A stretch of 64,000 bases of DNA from Actinomycetota bacterium (GTDB taxonomy: Bacteria; Actinomycetota; Actinomycetes; Jiangellales; Jiangellaceae), in contig JBKPAG010000017.1 of NCBI GenBank assembly GCA_046726315.1, forward strand, positions 30,890 to 94,889. Reading direction: 5' to 3'. Below, piece by piece: positions 36,196-48,324 of this stretch. Every line of letters starts with the position of its first letter. Positions within the stretch are counted from its first letter, which is position 1. The notes beneath the pieces were generated by a model. That model did no database searches. It was not told the DNA's origin and worked only from the letters and a program-made list of their open reading frames with translations. The position numbers were made by a program, and so were the translations under genes.

Positions 36196-36221
36196 ACGCT
36201 CGTGAATGCATTCACGAGCGT
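36196..36221. promoter_or_regulatory. Perfect 26-bp palindrome, 27 nt upstream of the menJ-like start; candidate operator
   Basis: ACGCTCGTGAATG|CATTCACGAGCGT read directly from the sequence. GC3 in the surrounding frame is low, so the stretch is probably non-coding. Confidence 0.4.
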
Positions 36222-36248
36222 CCAGGGCGACGACGAGGTGCGAGCGGG

Positions 36249-37541
36249 ATGGGCCGACCGGCGAGCGATGCCGACGTCATCGTCGTCGGAGCCGGACCCG
36301 CTGGCTCCACCACGGCGTACTACCTGGCGAGCGCCGGCCTCGACGTTCTCCTGCTAGAAAAGGCCGCGTTCCCACGGGACAAGGTCTGTGGCGACGGCCT
36401 GACTCCACGTGCGGTCCGCCAACTCGTCCGGATGGGCGTGGACATCGCCGGTCAGGGCTGGATCCGCAACAACGGCCTGCGGGTCGTGGGCGGCGGCATG
36501 CGGTTGCACATGCCCTGGCCCGATCTGGCCAGCTACCCCAACTACGGACTGGTGCGGACCCGGACCGACTTCGACGAGATTCTCGCCCAGCATGCCCAGA
36601 AGTCAGGGGCGCGCCTACACGAGAGCACGGTCGTGATCGGCCCAGTCCTCGACGAGAGAACAGGCCGAATCGTTGGCGTCAGCGCCCGTCCACTGGGTGA
36701 CGACGGGCGGGCTGGCGGTCGCGCCGTGACCTACCGCGCGCCCGTCGTGGTCGCCGCGGACGGGGTGTCGTCCCGGCTGTCGACGGCATTGGGCATTCAC
36801 AAGCGGGATGACCGGCCGATGGGCGTCGCCGTCCGCACCTATTACCGAACTCCTCGGCACGACGACGACTGGATGGAGTCCTGGCTGGAACTGTGGGAGA
36901 AGGACAAGCACGACGAGCCCAGGCTGTTGCCCGGCTATGGCTGGATCTTCGGCACCGGGAACGGCACGAGCAACGTGGGCGTCGGTGTCCTCAACACATC
37001 GACGGCCTTCGGCCGGGTCGATTACCGGCAACTACTGCGGCGCTGGGTCGCTCAGACACCGCCAGAGTGGGAGTTCACCGAGGAGAACCGGGTCGGCGAC
37101 ATCCGCAGCGCGGCGTTACCCATGGCCTTCAACCGGCAGCCGCACTACGACCGCGGGCTGCTGCTCGTCGGCGACTCCGGCGGCATGGTCAACCCCTTCA
37201 ACGGCGAGGGCATCGACTACGCGATGGAAGCGGCCAGCCTCGCCGCCACCGTCGTGGCCGACGCGTCCGCGCGCCGAACCGATGCAGACCGGGAGCGAGT
37301 GCTCCGCCGCTATCCCGCCGTCCTGAAGCAGGAGCATGGCGGCTACTTCACGCTGGGACGCGTCTTCGTGAACCTGATCGGAGACCCACGGATCATGAAA
37401 CTGTGTACTCACCACGGCCTGCACCATCCGGCGCTGATGCGGTTCGCGCTGAAGTTGATGGCGAACCTGACCGACCGCCGGGATGGCGATGTGATGGACC
37501 GCCTCGTCAATGCCATGACCCGAGTAGCACCATCCGCGTGA
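36249..37541 (+). CDS. menJ: Geranylgeranyl reductase family flavoprotein (menaquinone isoprenoid-chain reductase, MenJ-like)
   Basis: FAD fold DVIVVGAGPAGSTTAYYLASAGLDVLLLEK, KVCGDGLTP, VGDSGGMVNPFNGEGI. Its position between menG and the polyprenyl synthase region matches mycobacteria. Confidence 0.8.
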   Translation: MGRPASDADVIVVGAGPAGSTTAYYLASAGLDVLLLEKAAFPRDKVCGDGLTPRAVRQLVRMGVDIAGQGWIRNNGLRVVGGGMRLHMPWPDLASYPNYGLVRTRTDFDEILAQHAQKSGARLHESTVVIGPVLDERTGRIVGVSARPLGDDGRAGGRAVTYRAPVVVAADGVSSRLSTALGIHKRDDRPMGVAVRTYYRTPRHDDDWMESWLELWEKDKHDEPRLLPGYGWIFGTGNGTSNVGVGVLNTSTAFGRVDYRQLLRRWVAQTPPEWEFTEENRVGDIRSAALPMAFNRQPHYDRGLLLVGDSGGMVNPFNGEGIDYAMEAASLAATVVADASARRTDADRERVLRRYPAVLKQEHGGYFTLGRVFVNLIGDPRIMKLCTHHGLHHPALMRFALKLMANLTDRRDGDVMDRLVNAMTRVAPSA

Positions 37542-37646
37542 TGAGGATGAAACCGTGATCGACTTCACTAGCATGGGCACCCGTGCGCGCACGCCGGTGC
37601 GGTGCGCCACGTGGACCCACTGCTCGAGTGCCGGGGAGGGGAGTGC

Positions 37647-38006
37647 GTGAACGCGTACGTGCCGATCATCGTGCTGGGCGCCGTGGGCGCGGGCTTCGTC
37701 GTGGTGTCGATCGCAATGGGTGCTCTGACCGGTCCGAAACGCTGGAACCGGGTCAAGGTCGACTCCTACGAGTGCGGCATCGAACCCACGCCGCAGCCGG
37801 CTGGCGGGGGCCGTTTCCCGATCAAGTACTACCTGACCGCGATGCTCTTCATCGTGTTCGACATCGAGATCATCTTCCTGTATCCCTGGGCGGTCAGGTT
37901 CGACGCGCTGGGTCTGTTCGGCCTGGTCGAGATGGTCTTGTTCATCCTCACCGTCCTCGTCGCCTACGCCTACGTGTGGCGGCGGGGCGGCCTGGACTGG
38001 GACTAG
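37647..38006 (+). CDS. nuoA: NADH-quinone oxidoreductase subunit A
   Basis: [10 protein letters not shown] and [18 protein letters not shown] 37647 follows GGGGAGGGG. Confidence 0.9.
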   Translation: MNAYVPIIVLGAVGAGFVVVSIAMGALTGPKRWNRVKVDSYECGIEPTPQPAGGGRFPIKYYLTAMLFIVFDIEIIFLYPWAVRFDALGLFGLVEMVLFILTVLVAYAYVWRRGGLDWD

Positions 38007-38020
38007 GGGCGGATACGGGT

Positions 38021-38575
38021 ATGGGTGTCGAGGAGAAGCTCCCCGCTGGAGTCCTGCTCACCGGCGTCGAACGGCTCGTCGGCTTTATGCGCAAGAGCTC
38101 GGTGTGGCCCGCGACGTTCGGGCTGGCTTGCTGCGCAATCGAGATGATGTCGTTCGGCAGTCCCCGGCACGACTCCGCCCGGTTCGGGATGGAGGTGTTC
38201 CGGGCCTCGCCGCGGCAGGCCGACCTGATGATCGTCGCAGGCCGGGTGAGCCAGAAGATGGCGCCGGTGCTGCGGCAGATCTACGACCAGATGCCCGAAC
38301 CCAAGTGGGTGATCGCCATGGGCGTCTGCGCCAGCTCCGGCGGCATGTTCAACAACTACGCGATCGTCCAGGGCGTCGACCACATCGTGCCGGTTGACAT
38401 CTACCTGCCGGGGTGTCCTCCGCGTCCAGAGATGTTGATGGACGCGATTCTCAAGCTGCACGACAAGATCTTGCACATGCCGCTCGGCCCGCATCGGCAG
38501 CGGGCCGAGGCCGAGGCCGAGCAGGTGGCGCTCGAGGCCCCCGCCACGCACGAGATGAGAGGCCTGCTGCGATGA
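38021..38575 (+). CDS. nuoB: NADH-quinone oxidoreductase subunit B
   Basis: [29 protein letters not shown] (N2 cluster ligands). Confidence 0.92.
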   Translation: MGVEEKLPAGVLLTGVERLVGFMRKSSVWPATFGLACCAIEMMSFGSPRHDSARFGMEVFRASPRQADLMIVAGRVSQKMAPVLRQIYDQMPEPKWVIAMGVCASSGGMFNNYAIVQGVDHIVPVDIYLPGCPPRPEMLMDAILKLHDKILHMPLGPHRQRAEAEAEQVALEAPATHEMRGLLR

Positions 38576-39408
38576 GCGAAGATCGCCCGCCCGCTCACGA
38601 CCAGGCCACCGCCGCGGCGGCCGGTCAAGAGGAGACCACGGCTCCCGCGGACGCTCCGGCGGCCGTCGAACGGCCGAGTGCCGAGGCAACGACCGCAGCT
38701 GTGCCGGATGAGGTCGCGGAGGAGGGACCCCCAGGGCCGCCTCCCGCGCACCCAACCCGGCGCGGCATGTTCGGCGCGGCAGGAACCGGCGACACCTCCG
38801 GCTTCGGCCGGCTCGTTGCACGCGACACCAACCCGGTCCGCCTCGCCTCCACGCCCCGGCCGTGGGGGTCCGACTTCGACCAGGTCGGTGATTCGTTGAG
38901 CAGCGCCCTGGAGCACGCTGGTATCCCGTTCGACGACGCTGTCGAGAAGGTGGTCGTCGACCGTGGCGAGATCACGCTTTTTGTCCGGCGGGAGCACCTG
39001 GTCGAGGTCGCCACAACGCTCCGGGACGATCCGGCGCTTCGGTACGAGATGTGCATGGGTGTCAACGGCGTGCACTACCCCGGCGAGCCAGGGCGCGAGC
39101 TACACGCGGTCTACCCGTTCCTTTCCATCACGCACAACCGACGCGTGCGGGTAGAGGTCACCTGCCCCGACGACGACCCGCATGTGCCGTCCATCGTGGA
39201 GCTGTACCCGTCGAACAACTGGCACGAGCGGGAGACCTACGACTTCTTCGGCATCATCTTCGACGGACACCCGGCGTTGACCAGGATCGAGATGCCCGAC
39301 GATTGGCCGGGGCATCCGCAACGCAAGGATTACCCGCTGGGCGGCATCCCGGTCGAGTACAAGGGTGCGACGATTCCCCCGCCCGACGAGCGGAGGGCCT
39401 ACACATGA
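38572..39408 (+). CDS. nuoC: NADH-quinone oxidoreductase subunit C, with an Ala/Pro/Glu-rich N-terminal extension of about 100 aa
   Basis: ATGA overlap with nuo[19 protein letters not shown] and PQRKDYPL. Confidence 0.9.
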   Translation: MSEDRPPAHDQATAAAAGQEETTAPADAPAAVERPSAEATTAAVPDEVAEEGPPGPPPAHPTRRGMFGAAGTGDTSGFGRLVARDTNPVRLASTPRPWGSDFDQVGDSLSSALEHAGIPFDDAVEKVVVDRGEITLFVRREHLVEVATTLRDDPALRYEMCMGVNGVHYPGEPGRELHAVYPFLSITHNRRVRVEVTCPDDDPHVPSIVELYPSNNWHERETYDFFGIIFDGHPALTRIEMPDDWPGHPQRKDYPLGGIPVEYKGATIPPPDERRAYT

Positions 39409-39430
39409 GCGAAAAGGCGAGTGCGACCAG

Positions 39431-40801
39431 ATGAGCGGCATGGACGACGTCACCCTCGCCGCTCCGGCCGACGAGGCAACCCCGGAGGACGCCTACGCCG
39501 GCGTCCGCGAGACGACCGAGGGCGCGGTCTACACGGTGACGGGCCAGGACTGGGACGACGTTGTCGGTGCCGCCGTCGCCGGTCAGGAACGGGTCGTGGT
39601 CAACATGGGGCCGCAGCACCCGTCCACCCATGGCGTCCTCCGTCTGATCCTCGAACTCGACGGCGAGACCGTCACCGAGGCCCGCGCCGGCGTCGGCTAT
39701 CTGCACACCGGCATCGAAAAGAACATGGAGTACCGGACGTGGACGCAGGGCGTGACGTTCTGCACCCGGATGGACTACCTGTCGCCGTTCTACAACGAGG
39801 CGGCATACGTCCTCGGAATAGAGCGGCTGCTGGGAATCACCGACCAGATCCCCGAACGGGCCACGGTCATCCGCGTGATGATGATGGAGCTCAACCGGAT
39901 CTCCTCACACCTGGTGGCCATCGCCACCGGCGGCATGGAGATCGGTGCGCTCACCGTCATGACGATCGGGTTCCGGGAGCGCGAGCGGACCCTGGACATC
40001 TTCGAGCTGGTCACCGGGTTGCGGATGAACAGCGCCTACATTCGTCCCGGTGGCGTCGCCCAGGACCTGCCGCCCGGTGCCGTGGAGAGCATTCGCGAGT
40101 ACGTGCGTTGGGTCGATGATCACCTGCCCGAGTACGAGGACCTCTGCAACGAGAACCCGATCTTCAAGGGTCGCCTGGGCAGCATCGGCTATCTCGATCT
40201 CACCGGGTGCATGGCCCTCGGCCTCACTGGGCCCATCCTGCGGTCCACCGGCCTGCCCTACGACTTGCGCAAGGCACAGCCGTACTGCGGCTACGAGACC
40301 TACGACTTCGACGTGCCCGTCCGGGACACTGCTGATTCCTATGGGCGGTTCCGTATTCGCATCGACGAGATGCGCCAGTCGCTGCGCATCATCGAGCAGT
40401 GCCTCGACCGGCTGGAGCCCGGTCCGGTAATGATCGCCGACAAGAAGATCGCCTGGCCGGCGCAGCTCGCCCTCGGCGGCGACGGCCTCGGCAACAGCCT
40501 CGATCACATCCGGCACATCATGGGCGAGTCGATGGAGGCGCTGATCCACCACTTCAAGCTGGTTACCGAGGGGTTCCGGGTGCCAGCCGGCCAGGTCTAC
40601 CAGGCGGTCGAGTCGCCGCGGGGGGAGTTGGGTGTCCACCTCGTCTCCGACGGCGGCACCCGGCCGTGGCGGGCACACTTTCGTGACCCGTCGTTCAACA
40701 ACCTGCAGGCTGTGGCGGCGATGTGCGAAGGCGGGATGGTGTCCGACGTGATCGTGGCCGTGGCGAGCCTGGACCCAGTCATGGGGGGGTGCGACCGGTG
40801 A
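39431..40801 (+). CDS. nuoD: NADH-quinone oxidoreductase subunit D
   Basis: [44 protein letters not shown]. Confidence 0.92.
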   Translation: MSGMDDVTLAAPADEATPEDAYAGVRETTEGAVYTVTGQDWDDVVGAAVAGQERVVVNMGPQHPSTHGVLRLILELDGETVTEARAGVGYLHTGIEKNMEYRTWTQGVTFCTRMDYLSPFYNEAAYVLGIERLLGITDQIPERATVIRVMMMELNRISSHLVAIATGGMEIGALTVMTIGFRERERTLDIFELVTGLRMNSAYIRPGGVAQDLPPGAVESIREYVRWVDDHLPEYEDLCNENPIFKGRLGSIGYLDLTGCMALGLTGPILRSTGLPYDLRKAQPYCGYETYDFDVPVRDTADSYGRFRIRIDEMRQSLRIIEQCLDRLEPGPVMIADKKIAWPAQLALGGDGLGNSLDHIRHIMGESMEALIHHFKLVTEGFRVPAGQVYQAVESPRGELGVHLVSDGGTRPWRAHFRDPSFNNLQAVAAMCEGGMVSDVIVAVASLDPVMGGCDR

Positions 40802-41501
40802 CGACGGAAACGCGACTGAACGACGTGGCCAGGGACGAGATGCGGCAGATCATCGCCCGCTACCCGCAGCCGCGCTCGGCCCTGCTGCCGATGCTGCATC
40901 TGGTCCAGGCCTACGACGGATACGTGACACCTGCCGGCATCGAGATGTGTGCCGAGGAACTCGGTCTCACCGAGGCGGAGGTGTCGGCCGTGGCGACGTT
41001 CTACACCATGTACAAACGGCACCCGATGGGCAACTACCACATCGGTGTCTGCACGAACACACTGTGCGCGATCATGGGCGGCGATGCGGTGTGGGCCGAG
41101 CTCTCCGAAGCGTTGGGGATCGGCCACGACGAGACCATGGCCGACGGCACGGTCTCGCTCGAGCGGGTCGAGTGCAATGCCGCCTGCGATTACGCGCCCG
41201 TCGTGATGGTCAACTGGGAGTTCATGGACAACCAGACCCCGCAGTCCGCGCTGGAGCTGGTCGAGCAGCTGCGGGCCGGTGCGGAAGTGCATTCCACGCG
41301 TGGTCCACGGATCTGCACCTGGAAGGAGGCCGCCCGGATCATTGCCGGGTTCCCGGACGATCGGGCCCACGAGGGCGTACCGGCCGGCGCTGCCAGCCTG
41401 GCCGGGCTCACCCTCGCCCGCGAACAGGATTGGACTGCTCCAGAGGGCGGAACCCCGGCGATCGAAGCGACCGGCTCAGCCGCAGCGCCGGAGGGTGCCC
41501 G

Positions 41502-41505
<4 letters not shown>
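40798..41505 (+). CDS. nuoE: NADH-quinone oxidoreductase subunit E
   Basis: GTGA overlap with nuo[30 protein letters not shown] (2Fe-2S ligands). Confidence 0.9.
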
Positions 41506-42808
<1,303 letters not shown>

Positions 42809-42812
<4 letters not shown>

Positions 42813-45304
42813 CGGTGACGTCGAACCAACGGCCCGCCACCGACTCGGTCGAGCCCGCTCCCAAGCTCGTCACGCTGACCGTCGACGGTTTCGAGGTGAG
42901 CGTGCCCGAGCACACGTTGCTCATCCGGGCCGCTGAGCTGCTTGGTATTCAGATCCCGCGGTTTTGCGACCACCCGCTGCTCGATCCGGTGGGGGCGTGC
43001 CGGCAGTGCTTGGTGGAGGTCGTCGACGCCGGCAACGGCCGCGGCATGCCCAAGCCGCAGGCGTCGTGCACCATGGCCGTCGCCCCCGGGATGGTGGTCC
43101 GCACCCAGCTCACCTCACCGGTCGCGGACAAGGCCCAGCAGGGGATCATGGAGTTCCTGCTGATCAACCACCCGCTGGACTGCCCGGTCTGCGACAAGGG
43201 CGGAGAGTGCCCGCTGCAGAACCAGGCCATGAGCAGTGGTCGGCCCGAGACGCGGTACGAGGGAGTGCGGCGCACCTTCCCCAAGCCGATCGCGATCTCC
43301 AGCCAGGTGCTGCTCGACCGAGAGCGGTGCGTGCTGTGCGCGCGATGCACCCGGTTCTCCAAGGAGATCGCCGGTGACCCCTTCATCGAGCTGCTCGAGC
43401 GCGGGGCACTACAGCAGGTCGGCATCTACGAGGCTGAGCCGTTCGAAAGCTACTTCTCTGGCAACACCATCCAGATCTGCCCGGTCGGTGCGCTCACGTC
43501 GGCCGCCTACCGGTTCCGGGCCCGGCCGTTCGACCTCGTCTCGGTGCCGTCGGTCGCCGAGCACGACGCGTGCGGCGCGGCGATCCGGGTCGACCACCGC
43601 CGAGGCACAATGATGCGCCGGCTCGCCGGCGACGATCCGGAGGTCAACGAGGAATGGATCTCTGACAAGGACCGCTTCGCATTCCGGTACGCGACGCTCG
43701 AGGACCGGTTGCGTTATCCGTTGGTCCGCGACGAGGAGACCGGCGAGCTCGTCACAGCGTCGTGGCCGGAGGCGCTGGCAATAGCAGCACGTGGACTCGC
43801 CACGGCCCGTGACAGCGGAGGCGTCGGCGTGCTCACCGGCGGCCGGCTCACCGTCGAAGACGCCTACGCCTACGCGAAGTTCGCGCGCGTGGTTCTGGGC
43901 ACGAACGACATCGACTTCCGGGCCCGCGCGCACTCCGCGGAGGAGGCCGACTTCCTCGCGGGTTTCGCCGGAACAGGGCTGGGCGTGACGTACGCGGACC
44001 TGGATAAGGCGCCAGCCGTGCTCCTGGTCGGCCTCGACCCCGAGGAGGAGGCGGCAACTGTCTTTCTCCGGCTGCGCAAGGCCAGGCGGAAGAGGGGAAC
44101 TACGATCTTCGCGGTTGCGCCGTTCGCCAGCCGTGGCCTGGTAAAGCTTGACGCCGAGCTGGTGCTGGCTGGTCCAGGCACCGAGGCAGAGGTGCTGAGC
44201 GCGCTCAGCGCAGGTGACCAGCGGGTGCGTGATGTCAGCGACGCATTGTCGACTGCCGGCGCACTGGTCCTCATCGGCGAACGGCTCGCCGCCGTTCCCG
44301 GCGCACTGTCAGCGGCGGCCCAGCTCGCCCAGGCGAGCGGAGCCCGCCTGGCCTGGATCCCGCGCCGAGCCGGTGAACGCGGCGCGCTCGATGCCGGGAC
44401 TTTGCCACATCTGCTCCCCGGCGGCCGACCCGTTACCGACACCGAGGCCAGGGTCGACGTGGCGGCGGCCTGGGACGTGCCGCATGTGCCGGTCAGGACG
44501 GGTCGTGACACTGAGGGCATCTTTGCCGCCTTGGCCGAGAACAAGCTGGGCGCAGCCCTGGTCGCCGGTGTCGAGTTGGCCGACCTGCCGGACCCCGCCG
44601 CCGCGCAGGCTGCGCTCGCCGGCGCCGGGTTCGTGGTGAGCCTGGAGGTCCGTCGCAGCGAGATCACCGACCTCGCCGACGTGGTGCTACCGGTAGCGCC
44701 GGTGGCCGAGAAGTCGGGCACGTTCGTGAACTGGGAGGGCCGCGACCGACCGTTCCCGGCGGTGTTTGCCGACACCGGTGCGATGTCGGACGGACGCGTC
44801 CTCGACACGCTCGCCGACGCATGGGGCGTACGCCTCGGCCTGCCGACGGTCGAGGCCGCTCGGGCCGAGCTGGCCGAGCTCGGTCGGTGGGACGGAGCTC
44901 GGGTCGAGGCACCGGCTGTGCGCGCGGCCGACACACCGAACCCAGGGTCCGGGGAGGCGGTGCTGGCGACCTGGCGGATGTTGCTCGATGCTGGCCTCCT
45001 ACAGGATGGCGAGCCGCATCTCGCGGGCACTGCTCGCCGGCCCGTGGCCCGCCTGTCGGCGGCGACGGCAGCCGAGATCGGTGTCGCCGACGGATCGGCA
45101 CTGACGATCGGCGCGGAGCGCGGCTCGCTGACCTTGCCCGTCGAGGTGACCGAGATGCCCGACCGGGTGGTCTGGGTGCCACAGAACTCGCCGGGCTCCC
45201 GGGTCCATATCGACCTCGGCGCCCAGTCGGGCGCCATCGTCGCCATCGCCGCGGCGCCCGCCGAGTTGAGCGTCGTCGACCAGGGCACCGGAGGTGCCGT
45301 GTGA
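42809..45304 (+). CDS. nuoG: NADH-quinone oxidoreductase subunit G
   Basis: ATGA overlap with nuo[51 protein letters not shown]. Confidence 0.92.
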
Positions 45305-46593
45305 GCCCGCTGTCCACGATCACCGCCCAGGTGCAGGAGGCGCCGGAACAGATTCCTGGCTTCGGGAACGACCCCTGGTGGTTGGTCCTGCTGAAGGCGG
45401 TCGGAATCTTCGTGCTCTTGCTGCTCTTCACGCTGTTCAACATCGTGTACGAGCGCAAGGTCGTCGCCCACATGCAGCACCGAATCGGCCCGAACCGGAC
45501 CGGCCCGTGGGGCACGCTGCAGAGCCTGGCCGACGGCGTCAAGTTGATCCTCAAGGAGACCATCAGGCCCAAAGGGATCGACCGGGTCGTCTACGTCCTC
45601 GCTCCGATCATCGCCGCCATCCCGGCCTTCTTGGTCTTCGCCGTCATTCCGATGGGGCCGGTGGTCTCGATATTCGGCGTGGAGACACCGCTGCAGTTGA
45701 CCGACATGCCCGTGGCGGTCCTCCTGGTGCTGGCAATCGCCTCGGTAGGCGTTTACGGAATCGTTCTGGGCGGCTGGTCCAGCGGCTCGACCTATCCGTT
45801 GCTCGGTGGCATCCGATCGTCGGCGCAGGTGATCTCCTACGAGATCGCGATGGGGTTGTCCTTTGTCGCCGTGTTCCTGTTCGCCGGCTCGATGTCCACC
45901 TCGCAGATCGTGCAGGCGCAGGAGCCGATGTGGTACGCGGTGATCCTGCTGCCGTCGTTCGCCGTCTACGTGATCTCGATGGTGGGCGAGACCAACCGGG
46001 CGCCGTTCGACCTGCCGGAAGCCGAGGGGGAGCTCGTAGCGGGCTTCATGACCGAGTACTCGTCGGTGAAGTACATGATGTTCTTCTTGGCGGAGTACAT
46101 CAACATGGTCAACGTCTCCGCGCTCGCGACGACTCTCTTCCTCGGCGGTTGGCGCGCGCCGTGGCCTATCTCGGCCATCAACGACGACTACTTCAACACC
46201 GGCTGGTGGCCGCTGCTGTGGTTCGTCACCAAGGTGGTCCTGCTGATCTTCGTGTTCATCTGGTTGCGTGGGACGCTGCCCAGGCTGCGTTACGACCAGT
46301 TCATGCGGCTCGGCTGGAAGATCCTCATCCCTGCCTCGCTGGCGTGGATCCTGCTGGTCGCCGCGATGCGGCTGGCCTTCAACGAAGGGCTCGAACGGCG
46401 GGACGTACTGGTCTGGGGCGGCGGCTTCGTCGTGCTGATGCTGATCGTGAGCATGCTCATCCCAGAACGGAAGCGAGCGCCGGACGAGGCGGTAGACCGC
46501 GAGCCGGTCGACGCGCACGCCGGCGGCCACCCGGTGCCGCCCATGCCGGAAACCACGGATCACACCACGAGGGGGGGTGTGCGGGGGGCGTAG
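45301..46593 (+). CDS. nuoH: NADH-quinone oxidoreductase subunit H
   Basis: GTGA overlap with nuo[33 protein letters not shown] and [20 protein letters not shown]. Confidence 0.92.
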   Translation: MSPLSTITAQVQEAPEQIPGFGNDPWWLVLLKAVGIFVLLLLFTLFNIVYERKVVAHMQHRIGPNRTGPWGTLQSLADGVKLILKETIRPKGIDRVVYVLAPIIAAIPAFLVFAVIPMGPVVSIFGVETPLQLTDMPVAVLLVLAIASVGVYGIVLGGWSSGSTYPLLGGIRSSAQVISYEIAMGLSFVAVFLFAGSMSTSQIVQAQEPMWYAVILLPSFAVYVISMVGETNRAPFDLPEAEGELVAGFMTEYSSVKYMMFFLAEYINMVNVSALATTLFLGGWRAPWPISAINDDYFNTGWWPLLWFVTKVVLLIFVFIWLRGTLPRLRYDQFMRLGWKILIPASLAWILLVAAMRLAFNEGLERRDVLVWGGGFVVLMLIVSMLIPERKRAPDEAVDREPVDAHAGGHPVPPMPETTDHTTRGGVRGA

Positions 46594-46605
46594 CCCCTCG
46601 CAGGT

Positions 46606-47160
46606 ATGCCTAGGTTCTTCGACCCGATTGCGGGCTTCGGGGTGACGTTCCGGACGATGTTCCGCAGGGTCGTCACCGAGCAATATCCCGAGCACCCCCA
46701 CCCGGTCGCCCCGCGGTTCCACGGCCGGCACCAGCTCAACCGGCATCCGGACGGGCTGGAGAAGTGCATCGGCTGCGAATTGTGCGCGTGGGCGTGCCCG
46801 GCCGACGCCATCTACGTGGAGGGCGACTCCAACACTGACGAGCTGCGGTTCTCGCCCGGCGAGCGGTATGGCCGCGTCTACCAGATCAACTATCTGCGCT
46901 GCATCTTTTGTGGCCTGTGCATCGAGGCCTGTCCCACCCGGGCGTTGACAATGACCAACGAGTACGAACTCGCAGACGACACCCGCGAGAAGCTGATCTA
47001 CGAGAAGCAGGATCTGCTCGCCCCCTTGCTGCCGGGGATGGAGGAACCGCCACACCCGATGCGCCTGGGCGACGACGAGCGCGACTACTACCTGCGCTCC
47101 GGTGCGATGTTGCGCGACGACGGCCGTGACCAGCGAGCGGCGGAGGAGGCGGGGCGATGA
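46606..47160 (+). CDS. nuoI: NADH-quinone oxidoreductase subunit I
   Basis: Two 4Fe-4S motifs: [12 protein letters not shown] and [12 protein letters not shown]. Confidence 0.92.
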   Translation: MPRFFDPIAGFGVTFRTMFRRVVTEQYPEHPHPVAPRFHGRHQLNRHPDGLEKCIGCELCAWACPADAIYVEGDSNTDELRFSPGERYGRVYQINYLRCIFCGLCIEACPTRALTMTNEYELADDTREKLIYEKQDLLAPLLPGMEEPPHPMRLGDDERDYYLRSGAMLRDDGRDQRAAEEAGR

Positions 47161-47993
47161 GCGCCGACGTGCTCGCCCAGGCAGTCGAGACCGCGAGTCA
47201 CACCGGTGAGACCGTGCTGTTCTGGGTCATCGCGCCAATCGCTGTGGTGTCCGCGCTCGGGCTGGTCATCGCCCGCAAGGCGGTCCACGGCGCGATGTTC
47301 GTCGCCGTAACCATGATCTGCCTGGCGGTGCTCTACATCGCGCTGGAGGCGTCGTTCCTCGGAGTGGTGCAGGTCGTCGTCTATACCGGCGCGATCATGA
47401 TGCTGTTCCTTTTCGTGATCATGCTGGTCGGCGTCGACACCAGCGACTCCCGGGTCGAGACGATCCGTGGCCAGCGCGTGGCCGCGGTCCTCGCCGGTCT
47501 CGGCTTTGGCGTCCTATTGGTCGCCGTCGCGGCGAGCGCGTTCCTGCCGGCGCCGGCCGGAATGGACTCCGCGGCACCGGAAGGCAATGTCGTCGCGATT
47601 GCCGACCGCATCTTCTTTCGCTATGTGTTTGCCTTCGAAGTCACCAGCGCGCTGCTCATCACTGCTGCAGTGGGCGCGATGGTGCTGACCTATCGCGAAC
47701 GGCTGTTCCGGCGACCAAGCCAGCGTGAACTGTCCGAACGACGGTTCCGGACCGGTGGCGCAGCGGCGTCGCAACTGCCGAGCCCAGGCGTCTACGCCCG
47801 ACACAACGCGGTAGACACGCCGGCACTGCTTCCGGACGGAACCCCCAGCGACCTGTCCGTCTCGAAAGTCCTCGTGGCCCGCGGGACGGTCCGGGTCACT
47901 GACGAACCCGCGGGCGACGTTTCCCGGCTCGAAGCCCAGGTGGAGGAGCTGACCGGCGAACCACTCGAGGACGCAGAAGGTGAGCGGCCATGA
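47157..47993 (+). CDS. nuoJ: NADH-quinone oxidoreductase subunit J, with a C-terminal extension
   Basis: ATGA overlap with nuo[23 protein letters not shown]. Confidence 0.88.
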   Translation: MSADVLAQAVETASHTGETVLFWVIAPIAVVSALGLVIARKAVHGAMFVAVTMICLAVLYIALEASFLGVVQVVVYTGAIMMLFLFVIMLVGVDTSDSRVETIRGQRVAAVLAGLGFGVLLVAVAASAFLPAPAGMDSAAPEGNVVAIADRIFFRYVFAFEVTSALLITAAVGAMVLTYRERLFRRPSQRELSERRFRTGGAAASQLPSPGVYARHNAVDTPALLPDGTPSDLSVSKVLVARGTVRVTDEPAGDVSRLEAQVEELTGEPLEDAEGERP

Positions 47994-48289
47994 GTCCCAC
48001 GCCCTACCTGGTGCTCTCCGCAATCCTGTTCACGATCGGCGGCGTCGGCGTGCTCCTCCGCCGCAACGCGCTGATCGCGTTCATGAGCGTCGAGCTCATG
48101 CTCAACGCCTGCAACCTGGCCTTCGTCACGTTCGCCCGCATGCATGGCGACATCGACGGCCAGATCGTGGCCTTCTTCGTGATGGTTGTCGCCGCCGCCG
48201 AAGTGGTCGTAGGCCTCGCGATCATCGTCACCATCTTCCGAACCCGCAGGTCCGCGTCGGTCGACGACGCGAGCCTGCTCAAGCTCTGA
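47990..48289 (+). CDS. nuoK: NADH-quinone oxidoreductase subunit K
   Basis: ATGA overlap with nuoJ. 99 aa with [13 protein letters not shown] and [13 protein letters not shown]. Confidence 0.9.
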   Translation: MSPTPYLVLSAILFTIGGVGVLLRRNALIAFMSVELMLNACNLAFVTFARMHGDIDGQIVAFFVMVVAAAEVVVGLAIIVTIFRTRRSASVDDASLLKL

Positions 48290-48324
48290 CGTGGTGAGGA
48301 CTACCAGATGACTGGAGCGACCAG

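Noticed and set aside
43870-47055. Very long antisense ORF (1061 aa) opposite nuoG-nuoH-nuoI. Similar cases are 61475..63829(-), 50085..51974(-), 41190..42737(-), 57924..59228(-), 31628..32713(-), 33005..34147(-), 5279..7156(+) and 19674..20981(+).
   Set aside because: These are typical high-GC shadow ORFs. Their translations are Arg/Pro/Gly/His-rich low-complexity strings with no recognisable motifs. The opposite strand encodes strongly recognisable proteins with proper GC3 bias.
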